A stretch of 63,326 nucleotides of DNA, the filler included, from Deltaproteobacteria bacterium (GTDB lineage Bacteria > JAEEML01), in NCBI GenBank assembly GCA_016283195.1. It is 6 parts of 6 records of this genome, joined end to end, with 100 filler letters (N's around TTAATTAATTAA, not from the genome) between each part and the next. Parts side by side here need not be neighbours in the genome. Positions count along the whole stretch, not along the records: positions 10,860 to 42,180 come from JAEEML010000145.1; 5 more parts are not named here. One strand, given 5' to 3'. Shown here piece by piece: positions 28,305 to 38,691 of the stretch. Numbering within the stretch: the first letter of the stretch is position 1; every line of letters begins with the position of its first letter. The translations under genes were made by a program, and so were the position numbers. Under the pieces are notes generated by a model. It was not told the origin of the DNA and searched no databases. It worked only from the letters and a program-made list of their open reading frames with translations.

Positions 28305-28856
28305 ATGCTTAAAAAAATTCTTTCAATTGCCCTATTTCTGGCTTTTATCATCGCCCCCAAGGCGGCTACTGCCCTCCCCGGCCCGTTTTTAAGCGGAGTT
28401 TCCGTAGGACAAAGCGAGAGCGCTGCTTTTAATGCCCTTAAAGGCGTTTTTTCCAATACTTATACAAGCACCAATAAAACCCAACAATATCAACGGGTTT
28501 TGCGAGTACATTTTTTAGAGATGCTCAATAAAGCCAAAGCCAAACACAATGTGCTGGAAAGCGAGGCTTTTATTGTGGGTTGCGACAACGAAGCTGGTTG
28601 CGTTATTGCCGCCGTTCACAATAAAAGAGTCACCACTATTTTTGAGACACTTTTTGTGCCACTCACCGGAGATGCTTTTTCTAAAACAAAATTAAGCAAA
28701 TATAATAATTTACTTAGTACTTACCGCAGTTCTTGCTCATTAAGCCCGCACACTGTCGCCGGCAATTCCTTCATCTACACCGGCTCTTGCGGAAGCAGCA
28801 AAGTGCGCTGGGAATATTTGCCGCAAGACAATATAGTTTATGTTGTGCACTATTAA
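28305..28856 (+). CDS. Secreted hypothetical protein
   Basis: Signal peptide (ATA); four Cys; starts 2 nt after the previous stop. Confidence 0.75.
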   Translation: MLKKILSIALFLAFIIAPKAATALPGPFLSGVSVGQSESAAFNALKGVFSNTYTSTNKTQQYQRVLRVHFLEMLNKAKAKHNVLESEAFIVGCDNEAGCVIAAVHNKRVTTIFETLFVPLTGDAFSKTKLSKYNNLLSTYRSSCSLSPHTVAGNSFIYTGSCGSSKVRWEYLPQDNIVYVVHY

Positions 28857-28865
28857 TTGTAATTA

Positions 28866-29519
28866 TTAATTTTTCCCGCTCTCTTCAGGGGATTTGGCTA
28901 CCGTTTTTTTACTTCTCTTCACGAAATATATAATTCCAAATACAAGGGCTGCGACAGCTATGGCGCAAATTATCACCATCTTGCCGTAATTATTGATTTG
29001 ATTGGCCATATTTTCCAGCGCTTCGATATTATCGCCCAGCGAATAGCCAATCCAAAAACTCACATTCATAACAATGGCCGCCCCCAGGCCGGAATGGAAT
29101 AAAAAAGAGCCGTGGGAAATGCCGGAAAGCCCGCAAGCCATAAAAACGGGAATACGAATACCACCGGGGATAAAACGCACAATAAAAACCATTTTGGCCC
29201 CGTATTTATCCACTTTGGTCATGGCCTTTTCCAGCTTATCCGGACTTAAAATAAAACGGCCAAGGCGACTGGTAAGCAGCGGTTTACCAAACCAGCGGGC
29301 CAGAAGATAAGCCCAATAATCGGTAATAACCATACCAAACCAGCAAGCCAGCATGGTAAAAGGCCAACTGCCATCCAGTTGAGCCGAGAGATAACCGCCC
29401 ACCATAATATTAAATTCTTCGGCTACCGGGATAAAAACCATATTGAGGCAGAAGAGGGCTAAAACTGCCAACCAAGGATGCCCACCGAAATAGCCGATTA
29501 TGTTCATCGCCACATTCAT
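28866..29519 (-). CDS. DedA family membrane protein
   Basis: IPVAEE...GGYL; DYWAYLLARWFG; YGAKMVFIVRFIPGGIR. Confidence 0.9.
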   Translation of the reverse strand: MNVAMNIIGYFGGHPWLAVLALFCLNMVFIPVAEEFNIMVGGYLSAQLDGSWPFTMLACWFGMVITDYWAYLLARWFGKPLLTSRLGRFILSPDKLEKAMTKVDKYGAKMVFIVRFIPGGIRIPVFMACGLSGISHGSFLFHSGLGAAIVMNVSFWIGYSLGDNIEALENMANQINNYGKMVIICAIAVAALVFGIIYFVKRSKKTVAKSPEESGKN

Positions 29520-29653
29520 GGGAGCGCACTATAGTATAATTATTATCTTTAGAATAGCCTTTTTTTAAAAAAATTACCGCTCTATGAGCTAAATAATGAT
29601 TGATTTAAAGCTAAAAGCGTGTTGCTCTATATGAGCTTTATGGAGGAGGTTCC

Positions 29654-29941
29654 ATGCGCGGTGAAATTGCTTATCAATATCCGATTTTCATTTTTTTGGC
29701 TGTCGGTGTGGCTATCGGCATATTCGTCCTTCTTTTAAAACTGGTATCCAAACCGGAAAAAAAGGCTCTTTGGCGCTGTCTTTTATGCGGCGCCGAGTTT
29801 TCCGGCAGCAAAGAGGACAAATTTAAATACTGCCCCTATTGTGGGGCTAAAAGAGGCACGAGAATCGGCCCGCGCCGCGAGGAAAAACCAGAGCCGGTTG
29901 ATGATGATTACGCCGATATAGACGAAGACCTGTTACGCTAA
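29654..29941 (+). CDS. Small membrane-anchored zinc-ribbon protein
   Basis: One TM helix; CLLCG...YCPYCG; GGAGG RBS. Confidence 0.78.
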   Translation: MRGEIAYQYPIFIFLAVGVAIGIFVLLLKLVSKPEKKALWRCLLCGAEFSGSKEDKFKYCPYCGAKRGTRIGPRREEKPEPVDDDYADIDEDLLR

Positions 29942-31108
29942 ATCCTTTAAAATTTCCGTACTAAAGGCCTGCTTGATTTTTTGTGCACCGGCCGCATCCT
30001 GCAACAACATAACATCGCCAAGAGCCGCAAATAAATCGGCTAAAAAATGCTGCGCCGGTTTGCCATCATCACCGGCGGAAGCTATTTGGGCCAGAGAGTT
30101 TTCAATGCCGGTGCGCAGGTTGCCGGAAACATTTAGAGCCAGTTTCTGGCGCATGGTAGCGGAAATATCGCGGTTATTGTACTCGGCGGTGCTACCTGGC
30201 AACTTAAATTCAAAATACTTTAAAATATGCGGTATTAAATCGGGGCGCAAAGCAGCCATGGAAATAAGTACACTGTGCAATACGCTGGGCACATCATCTT
30301 TGGCCGGTGTTCTAAATATCTGATGGTCGGCACCGTCTTCGAGAGCGCTAAAAAAGTGCGCCCAGACCTTGCCCCAAAAAGCGGCGTAGCCGGCATCAAA
30401 ATCGGGAGCCAGCCAATAGCGCATACAATATGCCCCAAAAGTGCGGGCTACGCTCTCCATCAAGGAGCCTTCCGTAAGCGGGTTGCCCCCGGAGCGTTTG
30501 CGCCTTTTAGCCATGGATAGAGGCAAAACAACCTTACGCAAATAAGAATAAAAATGGTTCCAGAGGTAACCATCAGCCTTGCTCTCTTTTAAGGCAAAGA
30601 GCAATAAATCAGCCTGTTCTTTTAATAATTTTGTACCGGTGGTGGCAATTTTTACCGCTTCGGGAATCATCGGTGCCCGTTGATGCGAAGGAATACCATA
30701 CATATTTTGGCTTAAAGTATGCAAAAACAGTTTACCTTGCAAAGCCGCAGAAGCCGAAGTGAGGCAATGATAAAAGCCCAAACCGGCCTTCTCAGCTTGC
30801 GGCTGAATATCACCGGATGAGAATATTTTTTTAGGATTTTGTAATAAATCGGCAATAGTTTCGGCACTGGGGTCGCTATCGGGCGTAAATTCCAGTAAAA
30901 GCACCGGCGGCATACGCCAGAGCAGCGAGCCAAGACGGCGCCCTGTCATCTGGCCGGCGTCCAGAGCTTCATAAAAACCATCACGAAATTCGTCTATTGT
31001 GCGCAAAGCTGTCGGCACAGTACTGAGCATCGAAGCCCGTTGACTCCGACTCACTTTCATTTGCGCCACGCTGGGCGGTAAAGTTTTTCCGCCAATTCCC
31101 ATAACCAT
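29933..31108 (-). CDS. Hypothetical alpha-helical protein
   Basis: 391-aa ORF downstream of nth; no recognised family. Confidence 0.7.
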   Translation of the reverse strand: MVMGIGGKTLPPSVAQMKVSRSQRASMLSTVPTALRTIDEFRDGFYEALDAGQMTGRRLGSLLWRMPPVLLLEFTPDSDPSAETIADLLQNPKKIFSSGDIQPQAEKAGLGFYHCLTSASAALQGKLFLHTLSQNMYGIPSHQRAPMIPEAVKIATTGTKLLKEQADLLLFALKESKADGYLWNHFYSYLRKVVLPLSMAKRRKRSGGNPLTEGSLMESVARTFGAYCMRYWLAPDFDAGYAAFWGKVWAHFFSALEDGADHQIFRTPAKDDVPSVLHSVLISMAALRPDLIPHILKYFEFKLPGSTAEYNNRDISATMRQKLALNVSGNLRTGIENSLAQIASAGDDGKPAQHFLADLFAALGDVMLLQDAAGAQKIKQAFSTEILKDLA

Positions 31109-31151
31109 AATTTACACCATGGCCTTAAAAGCCGTCATTAAAACTAGCACA

Positions 31152-31808
31152 TTAAGTAGCCGTGACAAGAGCATAATTGCATAGCGCGGCCACCGGGCAT
31201 TTAGCGCAAAGCGGTTTTCTGGCCGTGCATATTCTACGGCCATGATTAATAAAAAGACGATGAATTAAATTCCACTTATTTTTTGGAAATTTAGCAGTGA
31301 CATCGCCTTCTATCTTTTCTGGGCTGCCGCCGGCGCTTAAGCCCATTCTGGTGGCCACTCGTCCAACATGGGTATCAATAGCTAGAGCCGGGATATCCCA
31401 GAGCACAGCTAATACCACATTGGCTGTTTTACGCCCCACGCCGGGTAATTTCATCAGCTCTTCCCGCACCGGCGGCAAATTTCCGCCGGCGGCGCAAACA
31501 GCAGCCGCCATAGCTTTTAAATTCGCCGCCTTGGCCCGGTATAAGCCGCAGGATTTAATATATTCGCCAATTTCATCCACCGGCGCCGCCGCAAGGGAAG
31601 CAAAATCGGGATATTTGGCAAATAGGGCCGGCGTTACTTTGTTAACCCTTTCATCGGTACATTGGGCCGAGAGAATAACAGCCACAATCAGCTGATAAGG
31701 CGAGGCGTGAGAAAGCTCTGTTCGCCGCTCTGCCGCTTCGGGATACATAGCTGTAAGTTTTTGCAATAACTCATTTTTTTGGCTTTTTATCCACACAGTT
31801 CCGGCCAT
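31152..31808 (-). CDS. nth: Endonuclease III
   Basis: ILSAQCTDERVN; LPGVGRKTANVVL (HhH); IDTHV; CTARKPLCAKCPVAALC Fe-S motif. Confidence 0.96.
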   Translation of the reverse strand: MAGTVWIKSQKNELLQKLTAMYPEAAERRTELSHASPYQLIVAVILSAQCTDERVNKVTPALFAKYPDFASLAAAPVDEIGEYIKSCGLYRAKAANLKAMAAAVCAAGGNLPPVREELMKLPGVGRKTANVVLAVLWDIPALAIDTHVGRVATRMGLSAGGSPEKIEGDVTAKFPKNKWNLIHRLFINHGRRICTARKPLCAKCPVAALCNYALVTAT

Positions 31809-32010
31809 TTAAAACCTCTCTGACTCACCCACCGGCAACACGAGCCGGCAATATAGCAAAACATGTACTGCAACTCAATGCGTATATCTATCCTGTATCC
31901 ATAAGAATTGCTCTTAATCCGTAACAGAATGGGCGTGTGTAGAGTGCAAAGCACTCCCCTCTTGCCAAATAGGACAAAAAGTCCTATTGCAAATGAAGTT
32001 TGGAGGAAGT

Positions 32011-33333
32011 ATGCGTCAACACCTTCTACTTATTTTTACCTTACTGTTTTTAGCTTACTGCCCTGCTCTGCTGGCGGCGCCGCCAGAGGCTCCTCTAGCC
32101 ACTGCCGATGGCGCCACTGATATTAAACCGCCGCTACCGGAAAACCGCTATGTTATTTCTTTTCTTATTTTTGGCCAGGGCGACGACCTTTTTTCCCGCT
32201 TCGGCCATATTGCCATTGTCGTTGAAGACCAGAAGAAAGGCCACACAAGAGTTTATAATTACGGCACTTTTTCTTTTAATGACAAAAAGCTGATGTTCAA
32301 ATATGCCCGCGGCTATTTGCGGTACTGGCTGGGCATTGTCTCCTATGAAAACACTATTCGCACCTATAAATATTGGGATCGCCAAATAGATAAGTATATT
32401 TTAAACCTCACCCCGGCCGAGGCCCAAAACATTGCCGATATGCTCAGGGTAAATGCCCTCCCCAAAAATCGCTATTATTTTTACCGTCATTATTATGATA
32501 ACTGCTGCACCCGCCTGCGTGACATCATCGATCGCCTTACCGGCGGCGCTTTTAAAGCCGAAAAAAGCGCACAATTTACCCCCGGCCACACTTTTCGCTA
32601 TTGGACCAGAGATTGCCTCGTCAATATGCCGGTGATGGGCTTTTTGATTGATTATGTGCTCGGCCGCGAAATAGACCACCCGATAAGTCGCTGGGAAGAA
32701 TACTTTTTGCCGGCCCGCTTTGAAGAAGATCTGCCTTCTATCACCATGCCAGACGGGCGCAAATTGATAAAAGAACACCTTATTCTTAACAACCGGCAGG
32801 GCCCGGAGCCGCGCGAGCAAACTCCGACCTGGGAGCTGATTGTAGTCATTTCACTAATTTTAATAATCTTTTTCACTATTATTCTGCCGCCGGTTTTGGG
32901 GCCGAAAAAAGGATTAAAACGCCTCTTTAGCTTGGGCCTCGCCTTTTGGGGACTTTTATGCGGCCTGGGCGGGCTTATTCTCATAATTTTCCTCTTTACC
33001 GCCCACACCGACACCCACTGGAACGAAAATATTGTGGTGACACCAATCACGCACTTTTTGCTCATTTGGAGCGCCGTTTCATTGTGGCGCAAAAAAGCCA
33101 ATTCGGAAAAACGTTTTGCAATTCTCAGCAATTATCTCTTTATTCATAGCGCTGTTTTGCTTATTATCATGCTCCTGAAAATCGGCCCCTTTATTCAGCA
33201 AAATTGGGGGCTGATTTTTACTATGCTATTAAGTAATATGTGGCTCGCTTTAGTGGCTATTCCACGGCTTAAATTGACAGATAAAAATATTATCGGGAGG
33301 TTATTATGCAAAAAAAATGGTTCAAAAGAGTAG
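32011..33333 (+). CDS. DUF4105 / Lnb-like membrane protein
   Basis: FSRFGHIAI, YNYGTF and YYDNCCTRLRD motifs plus C-terminal TM helices. Confidence 0.82.
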   Translation: MRQHLLLIFTLLFLAYCPALLAAPPEAPLATADGATDIKPPLPENRYVISFLIFGQGDDLFSRFGHIAIVVEDQKKGHTRVYNYGTFSFNDKKLMFKYARGYLRYWLGIVSYENTIRTYKYWDRQIDKYILNLTPAEAQNIADMLRVNALPKNRYYFYRHYYDNCCTRLRDIIDRLTGGAFKAEKSAQFTPGHTFRYWTRDCLVNMPVMGFLIDYVLGREIDHPISRWEEYFLPARFEEDLPSITMPDGRKLIKEHLILNNRQGPEPREQTPTWELIVVISLILIIFFTIILPPVLGPKKGLKRLFSLGLAFWGLLCGLGGLILIIFLFTAHTDTHWNENIVVTPITHFLLIWSAVSLWRKKANSEKRFAILSNYLFIHSAVLLIIMLLKIGPFIQQNWGLIFTMLLSNMWLALVAIPRLKLTDKNIIGRLLCKKNGSKE

Positions 33334-34340
33334 CTTTTGTCAGCGCTTTGGCTCTGCTCAGCGGCTGCGGCATCACCGCCGAACAAATTCACAAATGGGG
33401 CCACAGCGGCCAATATGACCGCATCAGAGCAGTGCTTTCCGAGCAACCTGACGAAAATGTGCGTATTGCCGTAGCCACAGAGCTTGGCAAAGGTGACTAT
33501 GCTTTTGGTATTCCAGATCTTATAAAACTAAGCAAAGATGCCAGCCATAAGGTGCGGGCGGCCGCTGTAAACGGCCTCGGACAATATGCCGGCGCGGAAG
33601 TATATAACGCCATTATCCAACGCACCGGCGATGATAACATCGAAGTAGCCCGCAGTGCCGAACAGATTTTGCGCACTTGGAACGAAGAAACTGTGCCCTA
33701 CCTTCTAGAGGCGGTAAATGACCGCAATTACAAAGTGCGGGTTGCTGCCATCACTATTTTGGGGCGCATGAAAGATTCACAAATTCCCAATGTTTTGCTG
33801 GATAAAGCTCAGCGCGATGACAACAACATCGTGCGCCGCGAAGCTGTGCGGGCTATCGGCAATCTGGGTCTTAAAAATGCCAGAAAGCTTCTTTATAAGA
33901 TTAAAACCACCGACACCTCACAGGAAGTTGTCTTGGCCGCAGCCGAAGCTCTGGCCAAAATTCCCGGCAATATCACCGACATAACTCTTCTTCTGCTGCC
34001 ATTTCAGGCTGGTAAAGGGCTGCAAAATATCGGTGTTACGGTGGATACCACTTTGTCATCTCAAATAACTGCCAACCAACTTTGTCAGCTCATTCAAGGG
34101 CCGGAAACCATCACCAGTGATTTGCAATCCACTATGCTAAGTTCTGCCAAAAATATGAACGCCGACCAAGTAGTATCCGGCACAATAACCCAGCAAAACG
34201 GCAAAATAACCATTGACCTTATGCGTCTTGATGCCAAAACCGGAGCTACCATTCAGAGAGAAAATTACACCGGCCTCAAAATACAATCTAACGAAGTGGT
34301 GCGCGAGTTAGTCCGCCGCTTCATTGCCAAATTTATCTGA
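33306..34340 (+). CDS. HEAT-repeat lipoprotein with C-terminal CsgG/TolB_N-like domain
   Basis: Lipobox LSGC; VRAAAV/VRVAAI/VRREAV repeats; NADQVVSGTI...IDLMRLDAKTG. Confidence 0.8.
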   Translation: MQKKWFKRVAFVSALALLSGCGITAEQIHKWGHSGQYDRIRAVLSEQPDENVRIAVATELGKGDYAFGIPDLIKLSKDASHKVRAAAVNGLGQYAGAEVYNAIIQRTGDDNIEVARSAEQILRTWNEETVPYLLEAVNDRNYKVRVAAITILGRMKDSQIPNVLLDKAQRDDNNIVRREAVRAIGNLGLKNARKLLYKIKTTDTSQEVVLAAAEALAKIPGNITDITLLLLPFQAGKGLQNIGVTVDTTLSSQITANQLCQLIQGPETITSDLQSTMLSSAKNMNADQVVSGTITQQNGKITIDLMRLDAKTGATIQRENYTGLKIQSNEVVRELVRRFIAKFI

Positions 34341-34422
34341 TAAATCTGCACTAAACCTGCCGTTAAATTGCCCAAAACACCAATAGGTGTTACCATAGCT
34401 CCGTTTTTTTGCGGAGGGAAAA

Positions 34423-35400
34423 ATGCAAAAAAAGTTCTACCTATTGGCACTCATAATGTCGGCCATGTTTTTAAGCAGCTGTTGGGTTACCGCCGAACAA
34501 GGACGCCAGTTTCAAGCCGACCTCAATAGCGTGCGCGAACAAAACAACACCTTAAAACGCTTGCACGAAGAGGATTCTGCCCGTCTTTTAAGCCGCCTAA
34601 GTCTGCTCACCAAGCAGGCCGAGGCTCTGGAAATGCGCATTGATGAGCTGGATAAATCAGCCCATCGCGGAGCAGCGGATATCGGTATTGAAGTTGCGAC
34701 AATTCGCCAGGATTTAGCGGCCTTAAGAGGCGAAATCGAGCTGACAAATTATAATCTTAGCCAGGTGGGCATTAAAGTTGAAAAGCTGGAAAGCGTTCCC
34801 CCACCGCCTCCTCCGCCGCCGGTTCAGCCGGAACCGGTAATAGAAAAAACCGAGCCGGTGGCAGTAGTCAAGAACGAGACTCCGGACAATAAAGCCGGTA
34901 AAGACTCTAAGAGTAAAGACAGCAAAGATAATAAAGCCGCCGCTGAGAAGGATAAAGAGAGTAAAGAAAAATCAAAAGAGGCCAAAGAGGCCGACAAAGC
35001 CAAGATTCCAGCCACCAAAGATGAGCTTTTAAACGAAGCCAAAAAAGCCCTCGCCGCCGGAGATCATGCTAAGGCGCTCACCAATTATCTCAAAGTGGCT
35101 CGGCAGTGGCCTAATGAACTTGGCGTAACCGACAGAGCTTTCTTCGGTGCCGGTTCGGCTTACGGCAAAAAAGGCGATCACCGCGCCGCTATTATGGAAT
35201 TTAACAAAATTATCGAGCGTTTTCCCAAATCAAGCTATGTTGATGATGCGCTTCTCGGCATCGGCAAATCCTTTATTGGCATGGGTTATAAAGATGACGC
35301 CAAAGCCTTTTTGGAAGAGCTCATAAACCGCCATCCCAAATCTCCGCTGGTATCCGAAGCCCGCAAGGCTCTTAAATCTATCGGCGGCGGCAAACGCTGA
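34423..35400 (+). CDS. cpoB: CpoB/YbgF-like coiled-coil plus TPR lipoprotein
   Basis: Lipobox LSSC; coiled coil; TPRs IERFPKSSYVDDALLGIG and LINRHPKS. Confidence 0.75.
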   Translation: MQKKFYLLALIMSAMFLSSCWVTAEQGRQFQADLNSVREQNNTLKRLHEEDSARLLSRLSLLTKQAEALEMRIDELDKSAHRGAADIGIEVATIRQDLAALRGEIELTNYNLSQVGIKVEKLESVPPPPPPPPVQPEPVIEKTEPVAVVKNETPDNKAGKDSKSKDSKDNKAAAEKDKESKEKSKEAKEADKAKIPATKDELLNEAKKALAAGDHAKALTNYLKVARQWPNELGVTDRAFFGAGSAYGKKGDHRAAIMEFNKIIERFPKSSYVDDALLGIGKSFIGMGYKDDAKAFLEELINRHPKSPLVSEARKALKSIGGGKR

Positions 35401-35496
35401 TAACCCGCACTTTCTTAGCTTATTCGGCAATTTTCCCAAAATTCTAATCGACACTGACCTTAAATGCGGTTATTATGCCCGCCGGCGGAGGAGCTT

Positions 35497-35787
35497 GTGA
35501 AAAAGTTGGTTATTATTTTCGGCATCGCCTTACTTATTGCCTTGGCGATGATTTTAGATATGCGCTTTAGCGCTAGTGGTCTAAACAAAATCAGCGAACT
35601 GGAAGCCCAAATTGCCACTTTAAAAGAGGGACAAGATGATTTGCGCAAGCAAATATACCTTCTGGAGGGGCAGCGCGACTCGCTCAGCAAAAACGGGGCA
35701 GCGCGAGAACAAGCCATACGCAACAATTTGGGCTATTTGCATGAAGACGAAGTGGTCGTTGACCTTGGCGGAGCAATAAACAAGTGA
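35497..35787 (+). CDS. ftsB: Septum formation initiator (FtsB/DivIC)
   Basis: TM helix, coiled coil, EQAIRNNLGYLHEDEVV; GGAGG RBS and GTG start. Confidence 0.8.
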   Translation: MKKLVIIFGIALLIALAMILDMRFSASGLNKISELEAQIATLKEGQDDLRKQIYLLEGQRDSLSKNGAAREQAIRNNLGYLHEDEVVVDLGGAINK

Positions 35788-38105
35788 CAGTTACTCTCTT
35801 CAATAATAAGTCGGCACAAAAAAATGAAGCTACTGATAGCTTAGATATTCCTCGTACTCCAAACACGGCGGAAGAAGAAAATTCAGGAGCAGAAAACCCT
35901 CCGGCGGAAGTTAGTGACGAAGAGCCGGCGGTGGCTCCGTCTGCCGTCGGTGTCCCCAAAGAGAAAGACAGCCTGCCTCTGCTCATCGGCCGCTATGGCG
36001 TCATGCTTTTTGCCACAGCTTTCATCACTCTGACCTTGGGCGGCATTATGACCGACGAAATCTCATACGGCTGGCCTAAGATATTAACTTTCCTCATTAT
36101 TTTTGTTCTATTTGCCTTTCGCCTTTATGAGCGTATTTATTTAAAACTCGGCCTTATGTTGTGGCCGGCCGATATTGAACTCTCGCTGCTCACTCTGGCT
36201 GTAGCCGAAACGCTCACTCTTATTTCCACCGATATATTGGGCAGCCTGGCCACCTGTATTCCTCTCTTTGTCCTTATTTGCCTCGGCGCTTATCTCGATC
36301 TCGTGCCTCTCCTGGCGGTCACCGGAGCTTTTACTGTAGCCTCTATTCTGGGCCTGGCCATATCCTGGCAGGGGGTGGAAAATTATACCTTTAGCGCCTT
36401 TCAGATTATTACCCCATGGCTGGCCGCCTTTAGCGGGCGCCTAATCCTCGGCGGGCGCATCACGGCTCAAAAGCTGGCTTTTAAGAAAGCCAAAGAAGAT
36501 TTTTGTCGCAATTTGCAGGAACAAGCCAAAAGTTATCGCCTGGATCCTAATTATAAACCGGCCCGCAAAAACGACATCCGCCAGGAAACCGGCGATGAGC
36601 AGCTAGCCCTTTTAACCGCCTCTGTAGCCGCGGTGAATGAGGGCATCACCAACTTGCTCAATTTGTCCTGGAGCAGCATAAAAAACGAGGCTGCTTCTCT
36701 CATCTTTTTTGAGCTGGAAGATCGCGACCTTATCGTGCGCCAAAGTCGCGGCCTTGATCCGAGCAATATTACCGAGCGCTGTTTTCCCATCAGCGAGGGG
36801 ATTTTTTCTATTATAATGCGCAAGAAAAAGCCCACAACTTTGGAACCGCCCAATGGGCGCCTGCCCAATTTGCATTATTTAAAACGCCATAATTTTCACT
36901 CTATTATAGCTCTGCCGCTGGTAATTTACGAAGAGATTAAGGGGCTTGTGGTTATCCATTCCGAAGCTAATACCATCAGCCAGTCAATAGCCGATACGGC
37001 TATGGCTCTCATAACCGAGCTGGAGCGCCTGGTAGAATTTGAAGGGCAGTTTAACGATATATACAAACAGAGAATTATGTATATGACTTTGAGCAAATCG
37101 GCAGAAAATCTCAATAAAGTCATTGGATTACAGCCTGTTGCCGAAGTAGCGCTCCAAGCGGCCTGCGCCATTAGCGGAGCCGAATTTGCCGCTATTACCC
37201 TGCGTTTGCAAAGCAGTTCTAACGAAAAACCTTATGATCTCATTTTATCTTGCATTTCCAAATATTCCAATCACCTTGAAATTATAGGCAAAAAATTTTC
37301 TACCGGCACCGGGCTTGTAGATAGCGTTATCCGCCACTGCATGGCCTTGCCGGAGCAGCAAAAACTCTCTGCCAGACAAATCATCTTTAGCCCCACTATT
37401 GTGCTCAAAGAAATAAAAGCCGCCAGAATTTATCCCCTCCTTCATGGCAAAGAGGCCATCGGCACTATGGTGGTCGGCTCGGCCAAAAGCGACTTTTTAT
37501 CCATAGAAGCCAAAGGAATGCTGGGCATTATTGCCGAACAGGCAGCCACTTCGCTCGTCAATGCCCAGCTTTTTGAACAAATCGAACGCATGGCCACCAC
37601 CGACGGCCTAACCGGCATCTTAAACCGCCGTGTTTTTCAGGAACAATTCACCAAAGTACTCGACAGAGCCCAGCGGAATAAAAGAGCTTTTTGCCTAATG
37701 ATTGCCGATATCGACCACTTCAAACGTGTCAACGATAAATACGGGCACCAAATGGGCGACGAGGTACTAAGGCAAGTAGCCAGATGCTTACAAAACACCG
37801 CTCGCAAAACCGATATTGTGGCCCGCTACGGCGGTGAAGAATTTGCCATCATCATGGAAGATACCGACATTCCCGGAGCCTCAAGAATTGCCGAACGCAT
37901 CCGCGCTAACGTGAGCAAACTAACTTTTCAATCCACCACCGGCCCCTTCCGCTGCACTCTCAGCATGGGCATTGCCAATTATCCGGACCATCAAAGGGAG
38001 CGCGAAAAAATCATCGGTGCCGCCGACGAAGCTCTTTATGTGGCCAAAAACAACGGCCGCAATCAGGTAATTATTTACGGCCAAAGAGTTGAAGCCAATG
38101 AATAA
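35784..38105 (+). CDS. Membrane-bound GAF-GAF-GGDEF diguanylate cyclase
   Basis: TDGLTGILNRR, DIDHFKRVNDKYGH, RKTD I-site and RYGGEEF; N-terminal TM helices. Confidence 0.93.
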   Translation: MTVTLFNNKSAQKNEATDSLDIPRTPNTAEEENSGAENPPAEVSDEEPAVAPSAVGVPKEKDSLPLLIGRYGVMLFATAFITLTLGGIMTDEISYGWPKILTFLIIFVLFAFRLYERIYLKLGLMLWPADIELSLLTLAVAETLTLISTDILGSLATCIPLFVLICLGAYLDLVPLLAVTGAFTVASILGLAISWQGVENYTFSAFQIITPWLAAFSGRLILGGRITAQKLAFKKAKEDFCRNLQEQAKSYRLDPNYKPARKNDIRQETGDEQLALLTASVAAVNEGITNLLNLSWSSIKNEAASLIFFELEDRDLIVRQSRGLDPSNITERCFPISEGIFSIIMRKKKPTTLEPPNGRLPNLHYLKRHNFHSIIALPLVIYEEIKGLVVIHSEANTISQSIADTAMALITELERLVEFEGQFNDIYKQRIMYMTLSKSAENLNKVIGLQPVAEVALQAACAISGAEFAAITLRLQSSSNEKPYDLILSCISKYSNHLEIIGKKFSTGTGLVDSVIRHCMALPEQQKLSARQIIFSPTIVLKEIKAARIYPLLHGKEAIGTMVVGSAKSDFLSIEAKGMLGIIAEQAATSLVNAQLFEQIERMATTDGLTGILNRRVFQEQFTKVLDRAQRNKRAFCLMIADIDHFKRVNDKYGHQMGDEVLRQVARCLQNTARKTDIVARYGGEEFAIIMEDTDIPGASRIAERIRANVSKLTFQSTTGPFRCTLSMGIANYPDHQREREKIIGAADEALYVAKNNGRNQVIIYGQRVEANE

Positions 38106-38601
38106 ACATTCTTCTTTGCTACTCGCCCTGCTTTTTTCTCTCTTTAGCCTTTCTGCCTGTTATCAGCATGTAGCTATTGCCGTTAAACCGGCTGAAACTG
38201 CGACAATTCTGACCGAATATCAGGAAAAAGCCCTACTGCTTATCTTTTATCGCACTACCTGCCCCTGGTGCCTAAAAGAGCTTAGCGAGTTACCGGCATT
38301 AAAAGAGCAATTTACTGGTAATAATCGTGTTGAATTTATAGGCTTTTCGCTTGATAGGTCTATGGATGACTTAGATTATTTTGTCGCTAAAAACACTTTG
38401 CCGTTTGCTCCGTATTGGCTGGATTTTACTACAGCTGATGAACTACTGGATGGTTTTAATGAGCTTGGCATAACCCTGCCCACGCGCTTTGGTGTCCCCC
38501 TGCTGATTATTCTTGACACCGAGCATCGGCAGCAGGCCACTCTTCTGGGCTACCATACAAAAGAGGCCATAAGCGACGCCTTAAGTGACATATTACCATA
38601 A
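38089..38601 (+). CDS. TlpA-like thioredoxin-fold lipoprotein
   Basis: Lipobox LSAC; CPWC motif; FGVP cis-Pro loop. Confidence 0.82.
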   Translation: MKPMNKHSSLLLALLFSLFSLSACYQHVAIAVKPAETATILTEYQEKALLLIFYRTTCPWCLKELSELPALKEQFTGNNRVEFIGFSLDRSMDDLDYFVAKNTLPFAPYWLDFTTADELLDGFNELGITLPTRFGVPLLIILDTEHRQQATLLGYHTKEAISDALSDILP

Positions 38602-38691
38602 TTGGATATTGTCTTTTTTTCACCTTGTGCTATATAGCGCTCTTTATAAACGGCTTTGCTTGCCGCTTTGCTTAAAAAAAGGAGCTTTAAA

